The position numbers and the translations under genes are program-made. This document shows, in pieces, positions 57,515 to 64,000 of a DNA stretch of 64,000 nt (the first letter of the stretch is position 1; each line of letters opens with the position of its first letter). Below the pieces are notes generated by a model. That model saw nothing but the letters and a program-made list of their open reading frames with translations. It searched no databases and was not told where the DNA came from. This DNA comes from Candidatus Saganbacteria bacterium CG08_land_8_20_14_0_20_45_16 (GTDB lineage: Bacteria > Margulisbacteria > WOR-1 > O2-12-FULL-45-9): the NCBI GenBank assembly GCA_002774365.1, contig PEYM01000148.1, forward strand, positions 692 through 64,691, written 5' to 3'.

Positions 57515-58374
57515 GTATATCCAAAACCACTCAAGGTTTCCTAACCATCTTGTTTGCCTCTTCTTTGTTTGGCTTGATGGCTCTGCTAGTAAAAATAGCC
57601 GCAGGGGAATTTTCAGCTGCCCAGATCCTTTTCATGCGGGGGATAATTGGTTTAGCTTTGATTGTTCCGTTGATCTGGGCCAGGCGAGCCTCTGCTAATC
57701 CGCAAACCTTAAAGCCGCTAGTTTGGCGGGGGATATCTGGAGGAATTGCTGTTTCTCTTTATTTTTACGCGATTACTAAGATCCCTTTAGCTGATGCTTC
57801 AATCTTAGCCAATGCCTATCCGATCTTTGCCGCGTTTTTCTCGGCTGTTTACTTAAGGGAACGGGTAAAGCTAATAACGCTGGTTGCGTTGCTGGTCTCG
57901 CTCTCTGGTATGTTTTTAATTATGCAGCCGCACTTTAGTTACTTTGATTTTGCTTATGTTTTAGCTGGGATCTCAGCCATTTTTGCTGGCCTAGCCATTA
58001 CCTTGGTGCGCCAGCTGCGTCAAAGTAACTCATCTTTGATCATCATGCTGTCGCAGATCATTGGGATTTTGGTCTTTTCTGCTCCGTTTGTCGTGTCAAA
58101 TTTTAGCTGGCCAGCGAATTCTGCCTGGCTGCTGCTCCTCATGATTGGTTTTGTTAGCACGGTCTCTCAGTTGATTTTTACCATCCCTTTTAGGTCTGTC
58201 CCGGCTGCTGAGGGGAGTATTGTCGCCATCAATCATGCAGCCTTTGCCGTACTTTTTGCCGTGATATTTTTGGCTGAACCGCTCTCGGCTAATTTCTTGC
58301 TCGGCAGCCTGCTGATCTTTGGCAGCAGCCTTTACATTATTCTACGACAAGAATCCCCCCTCCAAAAAAACTGA
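57511..58374 (+). CDS. EamA/DMT-family transporter
   Basis: 287 aa, 10 TM helices in two 5-TM EamA repeats. Confidence 0.7.
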   Translation: MSISKTTQGFLTILFASSLFGLMALLVKIAAGEFSAAQILFMRGIIGLALIVPLIWARRASANPQTLKPLVWRGISGGIAVSLYFYAITKIPLADASILANAYPIFAAFFSAVYLRERVKLITLVALLVSLSGMFLIMQPHFSYFDFAYVLAGISAIFAGLAITLVRQLRQSNSSLIIMLSQIIGILVFSAPFVVSNFSWPANSAWLLLLMIGFVSTVSQLIFTIPFRSVPAAEGSIVAINHAAFAVLFAVIFLAEPLSANFLLGSLLIFGSSLYIILRQESPLQKN

Positions 58375-58463
58375 AATTTCCTAGATAACACATCGAAACA
58401 AAGCTAAGAGAACCCAGCTAGAGTTCAGTCAGTTGGGTTTTTCTATTTTAGGGAGTGGTAGGA

Positions 58464-60167
58464 ATGGAGATATTTGGTCTCAAGCTAAATTTTAATAATG
58501 TTTCAAATAGCCTCTCATCTATTGGTTCAGCTGTTAATGCCCTTTGGGCAGAAATTTTTGGTGAGTATGCGTATCTTCTACCTTTGGCCTGTTCCTCTTT
58601 TGTGATTGGTGGGATGCATGATCATGATGCTGGGGGAGATGCTGACCAGGTTGTGACAGATACAGGGCCTTATGATAGTGGGAGTGATGCTGATGGGACA
58701 AATCTAAATTGCGTGATTGGGGAGAGGCTTACTAATTATGACGGTCCGGAGGGGACAGAAGGTGTGGGGATTTGTCAGCCCCAGATTTTAGAATGTCAGT
58801 TGGTCGAAGGTGAGGCGACCTATGTTGAGATTCGCCCAGAGATTCAGCCTCAAACAGAAGAGATTGATAATGGTGTTGATGAGAATTGTGATGGCCATGA
58901 TGATGAGTGTCGCGTTGGGCAAAGTAGGGACTTTTATACTGGGCCAGAGGGGACAGAAGGGATTGGTATTTGCCGGGCTGGACGTGAGGAGTGTCGCTTA
59001 GGTGGTACCTGGGCTCGCTATGTTGAAGCTAGAGCTGAGGTGACTCCAGAGGAAGAGGAAATTTGCGGTGATGGCTTGGATAACGATTGTTTAGGTGATA
59101 GTCCTGGCGAGCTTTGGCTTCAATTCTATGGTAGCAGCAGCAGAAATGGGATTTATTCAGTTGAGCAGATAAGCGGAGGCTTTGTTGTTGCTGGCGAACA
59201 ATACAATAGTGCTACCAGGTATTCGCAGGCTTGGGTGGCCACGACGGATGAGGCAGGCAATGTCTTACGAGGAATTTTTATCTCGCGGGAGCTTGCACTG
59301 TATATGTATCCTTTCCAGGCAACTTCTATTAGGCGAACTGATGATAGAGGCTTTATTCTTACAACAGATGGCCTTGATGCTCGGCTGATTAAGACAAATT
59401 CGTCCCTGCTTGAGGAGTGGCACATAGATTTTGGTGATAATTTTACAGGGAACAGTGTCGTCCAATTAACTGGCGGTGGGTATGTTGTGGCTGGCTATGC
59501 TAGTTCCGTTGAGTCTGGGATGAATTATCCTGCTTGGCTATTTCGATCCAGTGAGAGTGGGGCCCAAGTTTGGAGCCAAAACTTTTTTAGTAGTGGCTAT
59601 TATGATTCTACTGGAAATTGTGTTTTGTCAGCCAGAGATGGAGGCGTTGTTTTTGCGGGGACCTCTTATCAAGTGTCTGGTGGGGCAACAACTGATGGGG
59701 ACGCCTGGGTTGTTAAGGCTAACAGTGATGGCGCTGAGGTCTGGCGTTACTTAATACGCGGTGGATTTGCCCAGCTAAATTATGTTGCCGCGACTAATGA
59801 TGGTGGGTATATCGCTGCCGGTTCCCAGGCGTCTGCAGGCGGGGCCAATAGAATGTTGTTAGTAAAATTAAATGCTGCTGGCGGTGAAGAGTGGAGCAAT
59901 AATTATGGTATTGGTTCATGGCTGAGCAGTGGTGTTTTTGTTCGGGAAATAACTTCAGAGGGATTTATTGCTGTTGGTGATTGTGATAATAATGTTTGTT
60001 TTCTTAAGGTTGACAGTGAGGGGATTGAAGAGTGGCGCAGAGTTTTCGAGATGAGCGATGATCACTTTGTCCGTGCCGCTGGAAGTGCGTCAAATAATGA
60101 GCTTATCGTTGCTGGACATATAAATCTTTTTGAAAACGGATTTTTAGAGCGTTTTTGTCTGGAGTAA
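58464..60167 (+). CDS. Secreted protein: novel 43-aa N-terminal module, two MopE-like Cys-rich putative metal-binding repeats, and ~40-aa beta-propeller-type repeats
   Basis: ATG 58464 with RBS GGGAG. Two Cys-rich MopE-like repeats (CDG..DE / GDGLDNDC). About six repeats follow (GGYVVAGY...DAWVVKANSDGAEVW). Confidence 0.5.
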   Translation: MEIFGLKLNFNNVSNSLSSIGSAVNALWAEIFGEYAYLLPLACSSFVIGGMHDHDAGGDADQVVTDTGPYDSGSDADGTNLNCVIGERLTNYDGPEGTEGVGICQPQILECQLVEGEATYVEIRPEIQPQTEEIDNGVDENCDGHDDECRVGQSRDFYTGPEGTEGIGICRAGREECRLGGTWARYVEARAEVTPEEEEICGDGLDNDCLGDSPGELWLQFYGSSSRNGIYSVEQISGGFVVAGEQYNSATRYSQAWVATTDEAGNVLRGIFISRELALYMYPFQATSIRRTDDRGFILTTDGLDARLIKTNSSLLEEWHIDFGDNFTGNSVVQLTGGGYVVAGYASSVESGMNYPAWLFRSSESGAQVWSQNFFSSGYYDSTGNCVLSARDGGVVFAGTSYQVSGGATTDGDAWVVKANSDGAEVWRYLIRGGFAQLNYVAATNDGGYIAAGSQASAGGANRMLLVKLNAAGGEEWSNNYGIGSWLSSGVFVREITSEGFIAVGDCDNNVCFLKVDSEGIEEWRRVFEMSDDHFVRAAGSASNNELIVAGHINLFENGFLERFCLE

Positions 60168-60170
60168 CCA

Positions 60171-61622
60171 ATGGAAGTTTTAGGGATAAACATTAATACA
60201 TCTTATGTTTCAAATGGTTTGAACTCGCTCAGTCGTTCAATTAGTGAGCTCTTGGCCCCGATTTATGACGACTTTGGTTTTTTGTTCCCGCTTGCCTGCA
60301 CGGGTAGTGCGGAGGCACTGCAGGCTGGTGAGATCTTCTGTTTTGATCCAACCAATGGTGACACTTGGCCAAGGGCTTTTCAGCAATATGTTACTCAGCA
60401 TTGCGAGGGGCAAAGTATTCCCGAAGGACAGCTTCACCCGCTTGCCAACCGATTTCGCCAAAGCATGATTAGTTATGTTGAGTCTCAAGGGGGACGGGTT
60501 AATTACCCGGGGGTTCCCAGCGGAGCTCATTTAATTAATTTTAGTATCAATGGTTTAAACACTATGTCAAACCAACCAACAACCCCTTGTCCTTCTGGTC
60601 AGATCCGGCTTTTTTATAATGAGAGTGAGGTTTGTAGCTGGCTTCCAGCTGTCCAAGCGTTTCAAGATGCTGGAGTGGCAGAGCCGGAAGTCCGTGATGC
60701 TGCGTCAGCGGCTGCACCAGCGCTAGTGGTTGATGCTGGGGCTGATAGTGGGACCTTGGCTGATGCTGGACCTGATGCTGATCTTGCTCCAGAAATTGAA
60801 GCGGGTATTCCTGATGCAGCACCACCCCCAAGGCCACGTCCCCCAATACCAGGCCCGTCTCTGCGCAGCAGCAGGAGCTTAGCTGATGAACGGTTGGATT
60901 ATTATCTAGAGGGAAGTATGCCTTTTGTCTTTTCGTTTGGCCAAGCCAGGGATCATGAGAGTTGGGGAGGCTTGTTAGGGCGTTTTATGCTGCAATATAA
61001 TATTCGGCCAGATCACCATGTAATTGGTATTTATGAGACCTCAACCCATAGTCTAGATTTAGACCAGTGGTCATCCCGCGATCGAGATGACATGGTTGGT
61101 ATTTACTACACTAATATTTCCAGATATGGCACCATGACTGGGCACCTTGATTTTATCAGTTCTCGTCAGAGTGAAATTGATGGGGTTGGGGATATTGTTG
61201 GCAGTACCAATACCTCTCTCTTCCAATTTGGCTTCAGGGGTTCAGAGTTCAATGACCATATATATTATGCCATGGATTTTGCTTTGGGGACCTATAATGA
61301 TGCTCATGCTGCTGCTGGCATTGTGCAAATTGGGACCAATTGGCTTTTTGGCCGCAATGACCGGTGGGGTTTCCTGGCCGACTTAAACATTTATGTCTTT
61401 GGCAAAACTGGTGTGCCAGAAGAAGAAGCGTATTCCCGGGTTGAGATGACTTTGCGAGCCAGGGCCTCCCTTAGGTTGAGTGGACCATGGCGCGCTTTGC
61501 TTGGTTTTGGTTGGGGCTTTGACCCTGATAATGGGACTTCGCAAGGCTTTTTGGTTATCGGGACTTCAGTGGGGGATATGAACCACCCAATCCAAACCCC
61601 AATGGGGCTAGGCAGGTTTTAA
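60171..61622 (+). CDS. Putative outer-membrane protein sharing the 43-aa N-terminal module; Pro-rich linker; C-terminal beta-barrel-like region ending in Phe
   Basis: 483 aa. Its N-terminus parallels the 58464 protein. It has an Ala/Asp/Pro-rich segment (PPPRPRPPIPGPS). The last ~250 aa alternate hydrophobic and polar residues and end ...GLGRF. Confidence 0.4.
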   Translation: MEVLGININTSYVSNGLNSLSRSISELLAPIYDDFGFLFPLACTGSAEALQAGEIFCFDPTNGDTWPRAFQQYVTQHCEGQSIPEGQLHPLANRFRQSMISYVESQGGRVNYPGVPSGAHLINFSINGLNTMSNQPTTPCPSGQIRLFYNESEVCSWLPAVQAFQDAGVAEPEVRDAASAAAPALVVDAGADSGTLADAGPDADLAPEIEAGIPDAAPPPRPRPPIPGPSLRSSRSLADERLDYYLEGSMPFVFSFGQARDHESWGGLLGRFMLQYNIRPDHHVIGIYETSTHSLDLDQWSSRDRDDMVGIYYTNISRYGTMTGHLDFISSRQSEIDGVGDIVGSTNTSLFQFGFRGSEFNDHIYYAMDFALGTYNDAHAAAGIVQIGTNWLFGRNDRWGFLADLNIYVFGKTGVPEEEAYSRVEMTLRARASLRLSGPWRALLGFGWGFDPDNGTSQGFLVIGTSVGDMNHPIQTPMGLGRF

Positions 61623-61770
61623 TGACGCAAGCAATTGTACCAAGACCAAATAGAGATCAACAGCAGGCTCTTGCCCCGCTGCAGCGCTATCGCGAGAGCC
61701 TCAAGAAATATATTTTAAAGGTTAGGTTAGGTTAGTTAGACACGCCCTGTGTTTTGCCGCGGCAGCAGGA

Positions 61771-62559
61771 ATGGGTTTGGGTTATTTTTATCTAGGTGTT
61801 GGCGCGATCTTTCCAATTGATGCCCTCTTGGTTGGGGCTGCCACTGGTGGTTCCCTTGAGACTGTTTCTGACCCTATTGCCCGCTTGCTGCTTTGGCGCA
61901 AGAGAAAAAGGTTTAAAGGAGAGGAAAGAGAAGCCCTAGATGAGCTGGCAAAGGATTTGGCAGCAGCACAACTTGGAAAGGAGCAAGGCTTGGCGTTTAG
62001 TCAGTCTGAGAGAGTTTACGACCGTCAGCAAGCAGAATTGAGAAAAAACAGAGAAGAACTGATTAGTCTTAGACGAACAAACGAGTCGTTGACAGAGAAT
62101 CTAGGGAAAAAAGCAACAGAACTAGCAGAGGTTTCTTGTGAAAGGGAGGCTCAAGATAAAAAAATTGCTGGATTTGAAAGGACAAAAAAAGTTTTCTTAG
62201 AAGACAAAAGAAGTCTTCAAGAGCAAATTAAAGCAGTTACTGCTGAGTGCAAGGTCATGCAACACCGCCTTGTTGATATTCAAAGAGTGTTTGGTGATCT
62301 CTTTGCTGAGGGGAAAGCGGCTGATTTTGTTAGTCTTGACGATATTATGAATAAGTTAGAAGAGCTAGAATGTTGGTTCGCAAGTTTAAGAGAAGCTGAA
62401 GCCGACTTAAATCAGCGTGAAGCTGAGATTGAGGCGGATGAAGCTAGGCTAGAGCGAGAAGATCAAGATTTAATACAGGAAGGAGAAAGCTTAGCAACAG
62501 AGCGGGCTGATTTTGAAGAAGAGCGCCGAGCATTTGAGGGAGAGAAGGAAAGATTGTAA
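61771..62559 (+). CDS. Coiled-coil protein (N-terminal hydrophobic segment, then heptad repeats); ends at an in-frame TAA
   Basis: 262 aa. N-terminus MGLGYFYLGVGAIFPIDALLVGAATGG, then continuous E/K/R/L-rich coiled coil. Confidence 0.5.
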   Translation: MGLGYFYLGVGAIFPIDALLVGAATGGSLETVSDPIARLLLWRKRKRFKGEEREALDELAKDLAAAQLGKEQGLAFSQSERVYDRQQAELRKNREELISLRRTNESLTENLGKKATELAEVSCEREAQDKKIAGFERTKKVFLEDKRSLQEQIKAVTAECKVMQHRLVDIQRVFGDLFAEGKAADFVSLDDIMNKLEELECWFASLREAEADLNQREAEIEADEARLEREDQDLIQEGESLATERADFEEERRAFEGEKERL

Positions 62560-64000
62560 CTTGAATTAGATCAGGTTGGAGACCAGCTTGAAACAGCAGA
62601 GGGCTTGCAAGCCAACTATTTTGAGGATAAAAGAGTAGCTGAAAGAACGGCCAGCGCAGCAATCCAAAAATTAGCTGAGAATGAGGGGGTATTAAGCGGC
62701 CTTAGGCAGACACTAGAAGAAGTAGGGACTAATTTGGCTGAGATGACAGAAGCAAGAGATTCATTGCAAAGGGAGTTGGGAGAAAAAGAAACGAGAATAA
62801 AAGAACTAAACGAAAAATTGGAAGGGGTCAGGCAAGAACTGTCAATTGCCCAGGAAGAGCTTGAGTTTGTTGATAACCAGAAAAATAAAGGCTTACTAAG
62901 AATAACGGAACTTGAGCTTGAATTATCTCAAGCCAGACAATTCTTCTCCCAATCCCATGAGAAAATTACCTTATTGCTACGTGAACTCCAGGAAAAGAAT
63001 GACGAGCTTTCAACTCTAGAAAGAGAACGGATTGAAGCAAAAGAACGAGCTCTTCAAGCTAGGCGTGAAGTCAAAAGGCTAGAAGGGGGCATTGCTAATA
63101 GGGACGAACTTCTTGAACGGTTTGAACGCACAGCACATGAGCTGAAACAAGCCCTGGCGACCCAAGAGAGAGACTTCGAGGACTTAAACCAGCGCCTAGA
63201 GACATTAGATAAACAAGCTCAAACAGCTGGAGCTGCAAGCCAGCGGCTCGCAGGTGAAAAGAGAGACATTGAAAACCAACTCCAGCAAGCTAGAACTGAT
63301 TTGGGTGATGCTACTACTAGGGAAGGACAGTTAAGTCGAGAACTTAAACAAGTAAGGGCAGATTTGCAGTTGGAAAAAGATGAGGCTAGACAAGCCAGAG
63401 AGGCGCAGGCTGAAGCAGAAAAGGAAGTTGAAAGATTAGAGAGAGAGCTTGGGGAAACTAACAAAGCCTTTGTAACGGCCGAAGGAAACCTTGGAAAGCT
63501 TGGCCCTCGAGTTTTGGAGGCTGAATCCAAAGTTCGATCATTGACAGGCGAAAGGGATCGTTTTAAAGCTGAGGCTGAAAGGCTGGATGGGCTTTGGCAG
63601 ACGGCTAAAGGTGAGCTTGAGGAAAAAGGGGGGGAGTTGGCGGAGTTGACCCAAAGAGTTGAGGCATTAAGCCAGGAAAGGGATGAGCTGGTTCAAAGAG
63701 TTTTAAAACTTGAGCCCTCTGCTGGCACAGTTGAGGAATTATCCGCAGCCAGACAACGAATTGCTCAATTAGAAGCAAGCTTGGCTGATAAGGTTGTCTT
63801 AAGTTGTTTGCTTGAGCAAAATCCTAAGGTGCTTGAGATTCAAGAAATAGTTACAGCCTTACTTGCCACAACAGTGCTTCAAAGAAAAGCAAGAGGTAAA
63901 GGGATTAACAGTGTAAAGAGTTTTGCTCAAGGGTCAGAAGAAGAAAAAACAGCCTTAAAACACTACTTAATGCTGATGGAAAAAGAGGCAAGAAATAACT
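62560..64000 (+). CDS. Same-frame continuation of the coiled-coil ORF, open to the window end (partial). Either the C-terminal part of one interrupted giant gene or a second coiled-coil gene (first in-frame ATG at 62743, TTG at 62605)
   Basis: Frame 1 stays open for 480 codons after the TAA at 62557-62559 with the same coiled-coil composition. It is absent from the ORF track only because it has no stop inside the window. Confidence 0.4.

Noticed and set aside
61622-61735. 37-codon ORF (MTQAIVPRPNRDQQQALAPLQRYRESLKKYILKVRLG) in the gap before the coiled-coil gene; also GTTAGGTTAGGTTAG mini-repeat at 61711-61730
   Set aside because: Too short, no RBS, and no similarity I can recognise. The region is more likely a 5-prime UTR or promoter. 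The repeat is only 3 units of 5 nt. I also checked it as a possible tRNA; it has no T-arm (GTTC.A) or acceptor-stem pattern.
1-64000. CRISPR arrays, transposases/integrases, phage genes, rRNA operons, toxin-antitoxin or restriction-modification systems
   Set aside because: I found no direct-repeat/spacer periodicity, no DDE/tyrosine-recombinase-like ORFs, and no defence-gene-like domains among the translated ORFs. The only tandem repeats are the in-gene ones reported above.

Overview
This is a 64 kb chromosomal window from a Gram-negative (diderm) bacterium. The diderm call rests on LptB, two LptF/G permeases, an LptD-like OstA/beta-barrel protein, Lnt and a PilQ-type secretin. The genetic code is standard (TGA and TAA both used as stops), GC is about 45%, and AGGAG-type RBSs are common. 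Gene content is consistent with an uncultivated lineage: a ylmE-sepF-proC-ylmG division cluster, a cyanobacteria-type DUF3084 protein, and split glyQ/glyS. Genes are tightly packed and many junctions are translationally coupled (ATGA/TAATG overlaps).

Content in order:
(1) A housekeeping block: YajQ (partial), YggS-SepF-ProC-YggT, a PfkB kinase, a class II aldolase, Rel, HolB, PSP1/YaaT and S21.
(2) An outer-membrane biogenesis block: LptF/G, a TPR protein, an LptD-like protein, a lipoprotein and Lnt on the + strand, followed by a convergent minus-strand operon trpD-lptB-lptF/G-DUF3084-ruvX.
(3) glyQ-glyS and a secreted lipoprotein with a mucin-like Thr-rich tandem repeat, an FN3 domain and delta-60-type beta-propeller repeats.
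(4) A roughly 13 kb glycosylation island: a CARDB-like protein, a YfhO-like GT-C, a GtrB/CsbB-like GT2, three tandem polytopic membrane proteins (two carrying C-terminal CBM4_9-like lectin domains), a flavoprotein, an ArnT/PMT-like GT-C and a second GT2. The island runs straight into
(5) a type IV pilus / T2SS-like operon: GspH-I-J-K-like minor pseudopilins, a fused PilM-PilN, PilO-like and PilP-like proteins, and a PilQ secretin.
(6) gpsA-plsY (minus strand), efp and accB, then a second lipid-linked-sugar cluster (UbiA-family prenyl-phosphate transferase, flavoprotein, GT-C, SDR epimerase), recJ, purD and an EamA transporter.
(7) Two adjacent secreted/outer-membrane proteins that share a novel 43-aa N-terminal module ending in PLAC, and a giant coiled-coil ORF interrupted by an in-frame TAA that runs off the window.

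No rRNA, tRNA, CRISPR array, transposase or integrase was recognised. All assignments come from reading the translated ORFs by eye; none was confirmed by database search.
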